A stretch of 64,000 nt of DNA from Candidatus Cloacimonadales bacterium (lineage in GTDB: Bacteria; Cloacimonadota; Cloacimonadia; Cloacimonadales; JAFGVF01): the NCBI GenBank assembly GCA_963667035.1, contig OY762964.1, positions 1,120,001 through 1,184,000 of the forward strand, in the 5' to 3' direction. A program made the translations under genes and the position numbers. A model generated the notes under the pieces. It did not search any database and was not told the DNA's origin. It saw only the letters and a list, made by a program, of their open reading frames with translations. Shown here piece after piece: positions 1-10,690 of the stretch. The first letter of the stretch is position 1; each line of letters begins with the position of its first letter.

Positions 1-535
1 CATAGGTTTCTGCCCAAGAATCGGCAATTGTATAGTAAGCCAATTTAACTTTATCAACATTATCACTGCTGTTAATAAATAATTCAGCTTCCGTTCTAGC
101 TTTACGGTAGTTTTTACCTTGCTTGTAATAGGTTCTTGCTTTCCAGAAATGTGTGTCGGCATAATCTCCTGCACATTCGAGATATTCTAATGCGTCACTG
201 TAACGTCTTTCGAAGAAACGAATTTTTCCCATCTCTAGACATGTATCTTTATAATATGCAGTTTCTCTTCCTTGTTTGATAGCTTCCAAATAGAATCTTT
301 CGGAAGTAGCAATATTGGAGGCAAGCTTACCCATATACAAATTGTAAAACGCAGAGTCATCATTATTGTAATGCTTGAATGTTTTCAGACTATCAATAAC
401 TGCTTTGTTATTGCCGTTCAGAAACTCATTGAGAATGCTACTATGACGTGCAATATTTGCCCTTAAACCTACGCTTAGAGATAGGAAAAGAATCAAATTA
501 CTAATCTTGATTAATCTTTTTCCTGACAAGACCAT
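1..535 (-). CDS. Secreted TPR-like repeat protein, 5' part only (runs off the window)
   Basis: Manually translated open frame from ATG at 535 (MVLSGKRLIKISNLILFLSLSVGLRA...) to the window edge with no stop. Signal-peptide-like N-terminus and TPR-like helices (EMGKIRFFERRYSDALEYL; HFWKARTYYKQG). Absent from the ORF track because it has no stop in the window. Confidence 0.7.
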   Translation of the reverse strand, partial: MVLSGKRLIKISNLILFLSLSVGLRANIARHSSILNEFLNGNNKAVIDSLKTFKHYNNDDSAFYNLYMGKLASNIATSERFYLEAIKQGRETAYYKDTCLEMGKIRFFERRYSDALEYLECAGDYADTHFWKARTYYKQGKNYRKARTEAELFINSSDNVDKVKLAYYTIADSWAETY

Positions 536-1703
536 AAGCTTTAATATCTGCATTAACTTTTAAATAAACATTTGTATTAGGTTTTGTAAACTCAATCTCT
601 GAGCCGTCTTCCATTGAAATTGAATCAACTGTCATTAAAATATCATCATCGGGATCAGGAAAGATTATTTCAATCTCTTCATCAAGACCAAACTTACTGT
701 AGCATTCAATGATAGCTCTATCATTATCAACTCCAATAACTCTTCCTAAATACTGATAATCTCTAATGTAAGCGGATGAGCCGTAGAATTGTGTGTTATC
801 TGAATCAAAGCCATGAAAGAATCCTGTTCCATAAATTCTATGACTAATTTTGTATAACTCTTCGGAAAGGGAGTTCTCAACATCAATACCTTTTTGAATT
901 AACTCAATAGCTTTTCTGTAAGTTCTTACTACATTTGCTACGTAATAAGCACTTTTCATTCTACCCTCAATCTTGATGGAATGAATCCCGGAATTGAGAA
1001 TTTGGGGGAGTTCGCTAAATAGGTTCAAATCCTTCGAGTTCATGATGTAAGTGCCGGCATTATCTTCTTCAATATCAAAGTACTGATTAGGTCTTGTTTC
1101 TTCAACTAGGCTGTATTTCCAACGACAAGGCTGCGTACATTGTCCGCTGTTTCCGCTTCTATTATTTAGAAATGCACTTAGGAGACATCTTCCTGAATAG
1201 GCTATGCACATAGCTCCATGAACAAATATCTCAATCTCTGCTTTAGGTACTTTATCACATATCTCTTTTATCTCTTCGTAAGTCAATTCTCTGGCTAATA
1301 TGATACGTTTAACGCCATTATCAATCCAGAACTTAACCGATCTCCAAGATACTGTATTAGCTTGAGTACTAAGATGAATAGTGAGATTTGAATACTCTTT
1401 TACCATTGCAACAACACCGGGATCAGAGACTATGACAGCATCTACATTAACATCCTCTAGTTGCTTCAGTAACTCCGGTAACTCATCAATTTCATCATTA
1501 TGAAGGAAACTGTTAACTGTTACGTAAACTTTTTTGTTTAAAGAATGAGCAAATTGTACCCCGACATTAAGTTCTTCTATTGTGAAGTTATCTGCTTTAG
1601 CTCTTAACCCGAACTTCTTTGTTGCACAATAAACGGCATCAGCTCCGTAAGTCAGGGCATATTTAAGCTTGATTAAATTTCCGGCAGGGGCAAGTAGTTC
1701 CAT
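501..1703 (-). CDS. Peptidase U32 family protein (TrhP/YegQ-like tRNA hydroxylation protein)
   Basis: MELLAPAG start, GADAVY, HLSTQAN, HGAMCIAYSGRCLLS, CTQPCRW and KIEGRMKS motifs. Confidence 0.9.
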   Translation of the reverse strand: MELLAPAGNLIKLKYALTYGADAVYCATKKFGLRAKADNFTIEELNVGVQFAHSLNKKVYVTVNSFLHNDEIDELPELLKQLEDVNVDAVIVSDPGVVAMVKEYSNLTIHLSTQANTVSWRSVKFWIDNGVKRIILARELTYEEIKEICDKVPKAEIEIFVHGAMCIAYSGRCLLSAFLNNRSGNSGQCTQPCRWKYSLVEETRPNQYFDIEEDNAGTYIMNSKDLNLFSELPQILNSGIHSIKIEGRMKSAYYVANVVRTYRKAIELIQKGIDVENSLSEELYKISHRIYGTGFFHGFDSDNTQFYGSSAYIRDYQYLGRVIGVDNDRAIIECYSKFGLDEEIEIIFPDPDDDILMTVDSISMEDGSEIEFTKPNTNVYLKVNADIKAYGLVRKKINQD

Positions 1704-2962
1704 TAGCTACTCATGTTTTTCAGAAGATCTTCGTTTGTTTTGGCAGTTTTCATGCGTTTCTTCATCATCTCTATTCCTTGGATAGGACTCATTGTTTTGA
1801 GATATTTACGCAATATAAACATTCTATGTTTTTCAAGGTCAGATTGGAGTAATTCTTCTCTTCTTGTTCCTGATTTAACAACATCTATAGCAGGATATAA
1901 TCTCATATCACTGATAGTACGATCAAGTACCAATTCCATGTTACCGGTTCCCTTGAACTCTTCAAAGATAACCTGATCCATTCTGCTTCCTGTATCAACG
2001 AGAGCAGTAGCTATAATGGTTAAACTTCCTGATTCTTCCGTATTTCTTGCAGCACCGAAGAATTTTTTAGGTTTGTGTAAACCGTTAGCATCAATACCAC
2101 CACTAAGAACTTTACCTGATGAAGGCACAATATTGTTATAAGCACGAGCAAGTCTGGTAATACTATCAAGAACGATAACAACGTCACGTCCCATCTCGGC
2201 TAATCTCTTAGCTCTATTCATAACCATTTCGGCAACGGCAATGTGATTGCGTGGAGTTTCATCGAAAGTTGAACTGAGAACTTCTCTTTTACCGGGCTTA
2301 AGTATGCGTTTCATTTCTGTAACCTCTTCCGGACGCTCATCAACTAATAATACTATTAGTTCTACTTCGGGATGATTTGTGAGGATTGCATTGGCTACAT
2401 TTTGAAGTAATACTGTTTTACCTGTTCTAGGAGGAGCAACAATTATACCACGTTGACCTTTACCGATAGGAGTAAAGAGATTCATAATTCTTGTTGTATG
2501 TTCATTAGGGTGATGTTCGAGATTAAGTCTTTCGGTTGGATAGTAAGGGGTTAATTGATCAAATTTCTTAGCTTCAAGAACTTCTTGAGGGTCAGCTCCA
2601 TTTACTGCAGAAACTCTAAGAAGAGCATAATATTTTTCTCCGTCTTTAGGGGAGCGAACAGGACCGGAAACAAGGTGACCGCTCTTTAAATTAAACCTTC
2701 TAATTTGAGTTAATGATACATAAACGTCATCTTTACCGGGAAGGTAGTTGTTATGCTCGAATCTAAGGAATCCGTACCCGTCATCCATTACATCAAGACA
2801 TCCGGTTACAAAAGCAAGACCTTCTTGCAAAGCAACCATCTCTAATATCTTGAAGATGAGCTCTCTTCTGTCCATGTTAGTATAGCCTGTAATCTTATAT
2901 GTACGGGCAAGTTTATTCATTTGAGTTCCATTTAACTCAAAAATGTTGTCAATGGATTCCAT
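1703..2962 (-). CDS. rho: Transcription termination factor Rho
   Basis: DGYGFLR RNA-binding motif, PIGKGQRG, P-loop [16 protein letters not shown] and [12 protein letters not shown]. Confidence 0.98.
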   Translation of the reverse strand: MESIDNIFELNGTQMNKLARTYKITGYTNMDRRELIFKILEMVALQEGLAFVTGCLDVMDDGYGFLRFEHNNYLPGKDDVYVSLTQIRRFNLKSGHLVSGPVRSPKDGEKYYALLRVSAVNGADPQEVLEAKKFDQLTPYYPTERLNLEHHPNEHTTRIMNLFTPIGKGQRGIIVAPPRTGKTVLLQNVANAILTNHPEVELIVLLVDERPEEVTEMKRILKPGKREVLSSTFDETPRNHIAVAEMVMNRAKRLAEMGRDVVIVLDSITRLARAYNNIVPSSGKVLSGGIDANGLHKPKKFFGAARNTEESGSLTIIATALVDTGSRMDQVIFEEFKGTGNMELVLDRTISDMRLYPAIDVVKSGTRREELLQSDLEKHRMFILRKYLKTMSPIQGIEMMKKRMKTAKTNEDLLKNMSS

Positions 2963-3290
2963 AAATGACTCCTTTAGTTGTAAACTTATGATATTTAGCG
3001 TTTCTTACATGCTAAATGCTTGTATTTTGGTCTCTTTGTCCCAATACTCAGACAAATTCATAACCTCTGTTTTCTGTCAATCATATTTTATGAGGAAAGC
3101 TATTATTGTTTGTCATTGTTAAGGACGGTTTTTATTATTATACTTCATTTCTATAATTTAAGTAGATATTTTTTATGCTATGCAATTTTCTACTCTATAA
3201 CATGTAACAAAAAATATTCCGGTAATTACATAAAATCTCAAACTTTATTACCTATCATTGCCCTTAAATTAAATTCTTCATCAATTCGCA

Positions 3291-3396
3291 TTTTTCCCAC
3301 TGTGCTCCCACTGTGATGTCACTGATATCGCACTGAAACAGTGGGTTGGTAGTGAGTGCACAGTGCCTTCACAGTGCGAAAGCGGTGGGTTGGTAG
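3291..3396. repeat. Dispersed palindromic element, family A, copy 1 (11-bp-phased CACTG/CAGTG boxes)
   Basis: CACTG at 3298, 3309, 3320 and 3331, then CAGTG-like boxes at 3339, 3350, 3361, 3372 and 3383. Homologous to 21541-21646. Confidence 0.85.
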
Positions 3397-3538
3397 ATTT
3401 TGCACTAAAGGGGAGCATTACTGTAGTAAAAAGTTTGGAACTCTTCATAAAACGCACTGTTGATTCATAACTTGCTATTCAATAATATGGATTAGCAATC
3501 TTCCACTAATTATTAATGTTAGAATCATTAAAAGTATT

Positions 3539-4480
3539 TCACGATTCATTAATTTGTTTTTGACCCTCTGCTTGTTGTATTAAGGTGTTCAACATTCCAT
3601 GTCTGATACCGCAATCATGTACTATTAATTGTTCCTGCTGGGTAACTTCCATTACAGCTTTAACGATTAAAGTACCTGCCAGAATTATATCGGCTCGTTT
3701 AGGATGAAGTCCTTGCACTTTTTTGCGTTCTTCAAGCGTCATGCCTGCAAAGTACTTAACCATACTGTTTATATCGCCGATAGTGAGTTTTAATCCTTCA
3801 ATCCATTGAGCATCATACTCCTCGAGACCAACTTTGACAGCGGCAAGAGTTGTAACTGTTCCACCGATAGCGAGCATCTTACTAATCTCTTTCTGAGCAA
3901 AATGCTTTTGAAGAACAGTTTGAAGATATGCGGAGAGTGATTTTATTTCATCTTCGGACGGCGGATCGGATTTGATAAATCTATCTTGCATTATTAAAGC
4001 ACCCATTGGTAAACTGATCTGTTTCAGTATTTCATGATGCAGGCTTAAAGTGAATTCGGTAGACCCACCACCGATATCAAAGACCATATAGCTGGTTTCA
4101 GGTTCATCAAGCTTGATTTTGACTGATTCAAAGGCAAGTCTTGCTTCCTCTTCTTGAGAGATAATTTTAATTGTAATGTTTAGCTCTTTACGAACAAGTT
4201 TAACGAATTCTTCTGCATTCTCAGCTCTTCTGAGAACAGCAGTCGAGAATACTTCAAATCTATCAACATTCTCTTCTTGAGCTATTTGGGCAAATCTCTT
4301 TATAGCATGAAGATTACGTTCCATAACAGAGAAAGGGATAGCACCTGTATCTTGTAGACTTTCTCCTAATCTGGTAACATCAAGCTCATCTTTAATTATC
4401 TCTACTCTGCCCTCATCATACTCAGCTAATAAGAACTTCATGGAGTTAGTTCCTATATCCAGAACAGCGTATTTTGCCAT
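3539..4480 (-). CDS. ppx: Ppx/GppA family phosphatase (short form)
   Basis: DIGTNS, EEEARL, DIGGGSTE, GGTVTT, RADII and GIRHG motifs. Confidence 0.9.
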   Translation of the reverse strand: MAKYAVLDIGTNSMKFLLAEYDEGRVEIIKDELDVTRLGESLQDTGAIPFSVMERNLHAIKRFAQIAQEENVDRFEVFSTAVLRRAENAEEFVKLVRKELNITIKIISQEEEARLAFESVKIKLDEPETSYMVFDIGGGSTEFTLSLHHEILKQISLPMGALIMQDRFIKSDPPSEDEIKSLSAYLQTVLQKHFAQKEISKMLAIGGTVTTLAAVKVGLEEYDAQWIEGLKLTIGDINSMVKYFAGMTLEERKKVQGLHPKRADIILAGTLIVKAVMEVTQQEQLIVHDCGIRHGMLNTLIQQAEGQKQINES

Positions 4481-4543
4481 TGGTATCTCCGTAATGCGTA
4501 GTTCAATTATTGATAAAAAAGGGGATTAATAGATATGTGTCAA

Positions 4544-5284
4544 TTAATAAATTTTATCAACACTTCCGGAGAAGAAGGGTTGAATCATACCTGCCCTTAA
4601 CTCTAACAATAAGGCTCCCTTACTGTTAATTCCATGTACTTTACCTGTAAATTTATCGAATTCAGTAACTAAATCTATTTCTTTTCCGGTTAAATATGAT
4701 TGCTCACGATAGTATTCTAGATATTCTTTGAGTCGGTTCTCAATAAATTCAGGCAATTCTTCTGCATAGAGCTCAAACAGTCTTTCCAAGAAGAGGTCAT
4801 GGTCGATATCCGTACCTAACTCAATCGAAATACTGGAAGCGACTTCTTGAAGCTCCTCAGGGAATTCTGATATGTTTGTATCTATACCAATACCAACCAG
4901 AAAATAGTTCTTAACTCCTAAATGTGTGGTTAGAATACCGCATATTTTCTTGTCCCCGATGAATATATCGTTGGGCCATTTTATTTTAACTTTGCCGTCC
5001 AATTCAGGATAAAGATCAACAATGGTTTTATGAATAATCACACCTGTGAATATAGTTAATGAACTATCAAGTGGTAATCCGTATAAAGCCATTGTAAACC
5101 ACAAACCACCTTCTGGTGAGAACCATTTGTTCTTTTGTCTTCCTTTTCCACCGGTCTGCTCATTAACTCGAACAAGGAAATTGCCGTTAACATCTCCATT
5201 CTGAATCATCTTTTGAGCAGAGTTCATAGAACTTAAGACTTTATTGAAAGAGTAGATTTCATCGAACAAGTACTGTTTAATCAT
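4544..5284 (-). CDS. birA: Biotin-[acetyl-CoA-carboxylase] ligase, type I (no HTH domain)
   Basis: QTGGKGR, KWPND, KKICGIL and GIGID motifs. Confidence 0.92.
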   Translation of the reverse strand: MIKQYLFDEIYSFNKVLSSMNSAQKMIQNGDVNGNFLVRVNEQTGGKGRQKNKWFSPEGGLWFTMALYGLPLDSSLTIFTGVIIHKTIVDLYPELDGKVKIKWPNDIFIGDKKICGILTTHLGVKNYFLVGIGIDTNISEFPEELQEVASSISIELGTDIDHDLFLERLFELYAEELPEFIENRLKEYLEYYREQSYLTGKEIDLVTEFDKFTGKVHGINSKGALLLELRAGMIQPFFSGSVDKIY

Positions 5285-6324
5285 TATAGTATCACCATTG
5301 CATCACCGTAACTGAAAAATCTATACTCCATCCTTACGGCTTCTTTGTACGCATTCATAACATTATCATAACCTGCAAATGCACTAACTAACATCAATAA
5401 GGTTGATTCAGGCATGTGAAAATTTGTAATCAATCCATCTATTACTTTTACTTCTTTACCCGGATAGATGAAAATATCAGTCCAATGCCCCCCAGGTTTA
5501 ACTTTACAACCATCTGCAAAGCTTTCCATAGTTCGTGTTGATGTAGTCCCAACCGCAATCACACGTCTACCTTCATCTTTAGCCTTATTGATTATTTCTG
5601 CCGATTTTTGAGATATTTCACAATATTCTTTATGCATTATATGTTCTTCAATATTCTCGGTCTTCACCGGTCTGAATGTGCCTAAGCTAACTCTTAGGTT
5701 AACTTCGGTAAGAATAACACCTTTGTCTTTTATCAGTTTCAGAAGTTCATCGGTGAAATGCAATCCTGCAGTAGGAGCTGCGACGCTACCTTTTTTGTCC
5801 GCATAAACAGTCTGGTAGTTCTCTTTATCTTCATCATTACTCTCTCTCAAAATATAGGGGGGGAGAGGTACACGTCCATGGATTTCAAGAGCCTCCCAGA
5901 AATCTCCTTTTGCTTCAAATCTTACAATCCTTGAACCTTCGTCACCATAACCGATAATTTCTCCTGTAAGATTATCATTGAAGATAACCTTTGCTCCATT
6001 CTTTAACCTTCTACCAGGCTTTACCAAGCATTCCCAGTCCATATTCTCTATCTGATGTAATAGAAATACTTCTACTTTTGCACCTGTAGTTTTTGTACCT
6101 AATAAGCGAGCGGGGATGACCTTAGTGGTATTAAGAACTAAAACATCACCCGGGACTAAGAGGTCAACAATCTGAGTGAACTTTAAATGCTCTCTATCTC
6201 CGGATTCTTTGTTTAAATATAGTAGTTTTGATTCGGATCTGTTCTTTAAAGGATACTGAGCAATAAGTTGTTCAGGGAGTTCATAGTAATAATTACTTCT
6301 TTCTTTTAGTGACATTTTTAGCAT
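5284..6324 (-). CDS. queA: S-adenosylmethionine:tRNA ribosyltransferase-isomerase
   Basis: LIAQYP, PLPPYI, YQTVYA, SVAAPTAGLHF, AVGTTS, TNFH and YRFFSYGDAM. Confidence 0.98.
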   Translation of the reverse strand: MLKMSLKERSNYYYELPEQLIAQYPLKNRSESKLLYLNKESGDREHLKFTQIVDLLVPGDVLVLNTTKVIPARLLGTKTTGAKVEVFLLHQIENMDWECLVKPGRRLKNGAKVIFNDNLTGEIIGYGDEGSRIVRFEAKGDFWEALEIHGRVPLPPYILRESNDEDKENYQTVYADKKGSVAAPTAGLHFTDELLKLIKDKGVILTEVNLRVSLGTFRPVKTENIEEHIMHKEYCEISQKSAEIINKAKDEGRRVIAVGTTSTRTMESFADGCKVKPGGHWTDIFIYPGKEVKVIDGLITNFHMPESTLLMLVSAFAGYDNVMNAYKEAVRMEYRFFSYGDAMVIL

Positions 6325-7042
6325 TCCTGAGTACGGCTTTGAAAGAGCCGAAGATTATTTTACTTTCGAGAAGCACAGGAATCTTTTCTTCATCATCCGT
6401 CAACCAGATAAATACGCGTCCTGAGTTTGCAAATATTGTTTCACCATCAACGACAGGTTCAATTTTAAGGCAATTTACTTCTCCGAAAATAGTGTCAATT
6501 TTTTCTCTTTTATGACAGATGATTTTAATTGGGGCAGTAACACCATCTGCTGTTACACTCAGATTGAGTGTATCTCCCGGGACTAACTCCCGTTCTCTGG
6601 ACCAATAGAAAGCTGAGAACATATCATGTGTGTCAGGAGGAATTTCCATGTAGGTCTCTTTCCAAACCTCTTGTTTGAACTTCCATTTGCGATACATAGT
6701 TAAATTATCATTTCTCTTAAACACATGAATACGATGTTGACGGTAATTACCTTCTTTAAGTTTTTTCACAAATTCATATGGTAATCCGGTGTCAGGATTG
6801 ATAATTGATTTTATCTCATCTCTCACCTTGAAGATTGAATCAAAAAATGGGTATGTCTTTGTTGTTGCGGAGACTTGAATAGCGGTTGAATCTTCATAAG
6901 CTACACTATCAACAGCAAGAACTGCTTCTGCTGCTTTTATGAATCCGTATTTAATATCAAAGGTTAGTTTCTCACCAACTCTATAACTAAATAAATGCGA
7001 TACTAAAGAAAAAATGATTACTATCAAAAAGGCTTTTCTCAT
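6293..7042 (-). CDS. DUF3108-like secreted protein
   Basis: Signal peptide; GEKLTFDIKYG, FKVRD and IWLTDDEEKIPV patterns. Confidence 0.75.
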   Translation of the reverse strand: MRKAFLIVIIFSLVSHLFSYRVGEKLTFDIKYGFIKAAEAVLAVDSVAYEDSTAIQVSATTKTYPFFDSIFKVRDEIKSIINPDTGLPYEFVKKLKEGNYRQHRIHVFKRNDNLTMYRKWKFKQEVWKETYMEIPPDTHDMFSAFYWSRERELVPGDTLNLSVTADGVTAPIKIICHKREKIDTIFGEVNCLKIEPVVDGETIFANSGRVFIWLTDDEEKIPVLLESKIIFGSFKAVLRNAKNVTKRKK

Positions 7043-7786
7043 CTATAACTTACCACCTGTGACAAAGAACTCTTCACCACTAATATACCTACTGTTTTTA
7101 TCAGTTAAAAACTTGCATATGTTTAAAATATCTTCATACTCTGCAAGTCGTTTCTTAGGGATTAGTTCTAACTCCCTAGCATAATATTCTTTTCTAAAGT
7201 CTCGATACTCTTCACTGAAGTGCGAATCATCAATCTTAATAGGACCCGGAGAAACTGTATTTACAGTAATATCGTAGTCCTCTAACTCAAGAGCTAAACT
7301 TCTTGCCAAGTTTGCCACTGCCGCTTTGGATGCGGCATAGGCAGTTCCCATTTTTAAGCCAATCCTGCTTACATTAGAACCGAAAAGTATGATTCTTCCA
7401 TAATTACTTGCTTTCATTACAGGCAGATTGGCATGTAGCAAGTTAAAGGTTGAGAAGAGATTGCTTTGAATGATTTTATACCATAACTTCGGATTACTGT
7501 CTTCAAGTTTACTGAAATCACTACTGCGTATTGAAGCAGTATGAATGATTATGTCAGGAGTACTACCGCTATTTTTGTTTAACTCTTCACAGGCATTCAC
7601 AACTTCACTCAGATTGTTTAAATCACATTTTTGATAGTATACATTAGAGTGCCTATTAACAAGATCAATAATCCTTGAATCATTATCATGAACTAATAGA
7701 TGTAGAATGTAATTCTTAGAGTGGAAGTGATGGGCAATATAACTACCTAAGTTTCCATTAGCTCCTGTAATAAGAATTGTTTGCAC
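7043..7786 (-). CDS. SDR family oxidoreductase
   Basis: ITGANGNLG Rossmann motif, YAASK catalytic motif, VNTVSPG. Confidence 0.9.
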   Translation of the reverse strand: MQTILITGANGNLGSYIAHHFHSKNYILHLLVHDNDSRIIDLVNRHSNVYYQKCDLNNLSEVVNACEELNKNSGSTPDIIIHTASIRSSDFSKLEDSNPKLWYKIIQSNLFSTFNLLHANLPVMKASNYGRIILFGSNVSRIGLKMGTAYAASKAAVANLARSLALELEDYDITVNTVSPGPIKIDDSHFSEEYRDFRKEYYARELELIPKKRLAEYEDILNICKFLTDKNSRYISGEEFFVTGGKL

Positions 7787-8949
7787 TAATTATCTCCAAT
7801 AACGTCAAGAATGAAGTCTGCACTGTCAGTTTTTCTTCCTTCAAACTTATGTTCAGTGTTATGCGATAGTATTACTATTGAAGTTTCATCCGAACCGCTT
7901 ACCCTAAGGTCATTTGCAACAACCCAATCCAGATTTTTCTTTTCAAGCTTAATCAGAGCATTCTTTACGATGTCTTCCGATTCAGCGGCAAAACCTATCA
8001 GATGCTGACCGATTAACTTGTCTCTACCCATATTTGCCAGGATGTCTTCAGTTCGCTTTAATTCTATTGTTAAACTACCGGATTTCTTTAATTTGTGTTT
8101 TGATTTATACTCCGGTGTATAGTCCGCAACAGCAGCAGTCATTATAACTATATCTTGGGAAGCATAATGCTTCATAACTTCTTTGTACATCTCTTCTGCT
8201 GAAATAGCTTTTATTGGATTCAGATATGCCGGTACTTTCTCAGAGATATTGCTATGAATAAAGGTTACGGACGCTCCTCGCCAATAAGCGGATCTCGCAA
8301 GAGATAGACCCATTTTTCCACTCGAGTGGTTAGTAATGTATCGCATAGGATCAATATCCTCACATGAAGCTCCTGCAGTGATAAGAACTTTCTTACCTTT
8401 CATATCTTTCTCTGAAGCGGTTATTGCTCTAATGGCATGAACAATTTCGACCGGTTCAGGAAGTCTTCCCTTTCCTTTATAGCCACAAGCAAGAACTCCA
8501 TCGTCCGGTTCTAACAAATAGTTCCCATAACTCTTAAGTGCTTTTAAGTTTGCTTGAGTTGCAGGACTATCATACATGTATATATTCATTGCAGGAACAA
8601 AGAGGATTGGTTTAGGACTGGCTAGAATTGTGGAACTAAGCAAGTCATCTGCTATTCCATTAGCTGATTTAGCAATCATGTTTCCGGTTGCCGGAGCTAT
8701 GACAATCAAATCAGCCCACCCCGCCCAATTTACATGGGCAATTGGTTCATCTAATTGGAACTCATGAGTGAGCACCTTTTCTCCGGTTATGCCTGCAAAG
8801 TTAATAGCTCCAATAAACTCTTGAGCATGCTTTGTCATTATAGTTCTGACAATTGCTCCCTCTTTCTTTAGTCTACTTGCAATCTCAATCGCTTTGTATG
8901 CAGCTATGCCTCCGCATACTCCTAATAATATTTTCTTATCTTTAAGCAT
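7786..8949 (-). CDS. coaBC: Phosphopantothenoylcysteine decarboxylase/ligase
   Basis: GGIAAYK, APAT, PAMN, LACGYKGKGR, IDPMRYITNHSSGKMG and GFAAES. Confidence 0.97.
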   Translation of the reverse strand: MLKDKKILLGVCGGIAAYKAIEIASRLKKEGAIVRTIMTKHAQEFIGAINFAGITGEKVLTHEFQLDEPIAHVNWAGWADLIVIAPATGNMIAKSANGIADDLLSSTILASPKPILFVPAMNIYMYDSPATQANLKALKSYGNYLLEPDDGVLACGYKGKGRLPEPVEIVHAIRAITASEKDMKGKKVLITAGASCEDIDPMRYITNHSSGKMGLSLARSAYWRGASVTFIHSNISEKVPAYLNPIKAISAEEMYKEVMKHYASQDIVIMTAAVADYTPEYKSKHKLKKSGSLTIELKRTEDILANMGRDKLIGQHLIGFAAESEDIVKNALIKLEKKNLDWVVANDLRVSGSDETSIVILSHNTEHKFEGRKTDSADFILDVIGDN

Positions 8950-9170
8950 AATGTCCTACTAATTTCAATTTGTTATAGATTATTGCATGAATATATCGTG
9001 TCAAATGAATTCATTGTTACCGATAGATTGTTGCAGAATAAAACGGAATCTTGTCTCAAGAGGATTTACATTGATTTATTAAATGTTCCGGAATAATTTG
9101 ATTAAATGCGTGTAAAACAAAAAGAGTATTACCCAAAAAGTAATACTCTATAAAAATTAGTTGTTATGTA

Positions 9171-10067
9171 TTATAATATAGCTTTCTTTCTTTGAACCAC
9201 ACTGGAAACAGGAACTAAGTCGTAACCATTCTCATCGGCTAATCTAAGGAATTCCTTTAACTGTATAAGCTTCTTCTCTGTTAAGCAGTGAGTGATAACA
9301 ATAGTAGGATTATCTTTCCTGTTTTTCTTTTCAAGTTCATCAATTTTGTTTACTGCATTTTCTAAAGATGAATCCGGAACGTCTAAAAATATGTGTCTTC
9401 TGTTTGTCGGAACATTCATAGAAAGACATACATCTTTTACGACTGAGTTAGCCTCAGTGAAACTATCGATAAAGAACATGTTATTAGCTTTCAATCTCTC
9501 GCATACTATCTTCATGACTCTTTTATCTGCTGTTGCCTTGCTTCCCATGTGATTATTAATACCAATTGCACTAGGCAATTGATTAATGTAATAATCCATT
9601 CTTGAAGCTATCTCTTCATCAGAAAGACTGGTTAGAATAGCATTCTCACCGGGATTATCCTTTGGATAGCTTAATGGTTCCATAGGAGTATGAATGATCA
9701 CCTCTCTATTTTGTAGCATAGCCTCTGCCATAATATCCTTACTGTGGGGGAGATCAGGCATGATTGCGAAGGCAATCTCAACAGGTAAATCCATGAATTT
9801 TTGAATAAGTTCATTATGATTTTGACCGAAATCATCAATAATCACACAAAGCTTTTTTCCTGTATGATTGATAATAGGTTCTGTCTCAACATTATTGCTA
9901 TCAGAAGGGATTTGAGATTCATCAACTTCAACATATTCAGGCTTATCTTTAATATCATTATCATTATCATTGACTTTAGAGCAAGTTATTGGAATTACTA
10001 CTATTAATGCAACAATGATTATGAATATCCAGTTATAGCCGTTATTGTATCTTTTCTTTTCCATCAT
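9171..10067 (-). CDS. Divergent polysaccharide deacetylase family protein (YibQ-like)
   Basis: N-terminal TM helix; IIDDFG, HTPMEP, NNHMGS, FFIDS and IFLD motifs. Confidence 0.9.
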   Translation of the reverse strand: MMEKKRYNNGYNWIFIIIVALIVVIPITCSKVNDNDNDIKDKPEYVEVDESQIPSDSNNVETEPIINHTGKKLCVIIDDFGQNHNELIQKFMDLPVEIAFAIMPDLPHSKDIMAEAMLQNREVIIHTPMEPLSYPKDNPGENAILTSLSDEEIASRMDYYINQLPSAIGINNHMGSKATADKRVMKIVCERLKANNMFFIDSFTEANSVVKDVCLSMNVPTNRRHIFLDVPDSSLENAVNKIDELEKKNRKDNPTIVITHCLTEKKLIQLKEFLRLADENGYDLVPVSSVVQRKKAIL

Positions 10068-10632
10068 TTGTTCTCTCCCAAGAAACTACCGAGCCAACAG
10101 TTATACCCGCCATGTCGCTAATTCCTGCATTAAGTTCTAATACATACATTGCGGGTTGATAGCACACAATCGGGTCTTCACTGTAAGGAATTGTATCTTT
10201 TGAAATCTGTATAATTCTATTATCACTATCTATAAATAGCATATCAAGAGGAAGGTAGGTGTTTTTCATCCAAAAACTAAGGGGTTGCGGGTTCTTGTAT
10301 ACAAAAAGCATACCTTGATTCGGAGCCATTTTCTTTCTGTACATTAGTCCTTGTTCCATCTTCTCAGGAGTCTCGGCAATCTCAATATCGAAATTTCCTA
10401 AATGATAATCACCATCTTTGATAGTTAGTACTCCATGCTTGGTAAAAGGATAGTTCTTTTCTTCAGTCTGTCCTTTAGGTTCTGCAACAAATCTAGTCGC
10501 AGCGAATTTGGCAAAAACAACTTTAAAGAGATAGAAGAATAGCATAAAGGCAATTACATATACAATGAGCTTGATGGTATTCTTTCTTTTCATCTCTTTT
10601 AGTGAACGTTTCTGTCTATCTGTACTTGTCAT
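10042..10632 (-). CDS. DUF192 domain membrane-anchored protein
   Basis: EIAETP..GLMYR, GMLFVY, FWMKNTYLPLDMLFID and YVLELNAG. Confidence 0.9.
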   Translation of the reverse strand: MTSTDRQKRSLKEMKRKNTIKLIVYVIAFMLFFYLFKVVFAKFAATRFVAEPKGQTEEKNYPFTKHGVLTIKDGDYHLGNFDIEIAETPEKMEQGLMYRKKMAPNQGMLFVYKNPQPLSFWMKNTYLPLDMLFIDSDNRIIQISKDTIPYSEDPIVCYQPAMYVLELNAGISDMAGITVGSVVSWERTNDGKEKIQ

Positions 10633-10690
10633 TTAAACTCCAATTATCTATGCTGTTTTTAACTAATACAATCGCATTGCTACGTCAAGT

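Noticed and set aside
3291..3396. CRISPR array interpretation of the phased boxes
   Set aside because: Repeats are 5-7 bp with 4-6 bp spacers and invert midway; there are no cas genes in the window.
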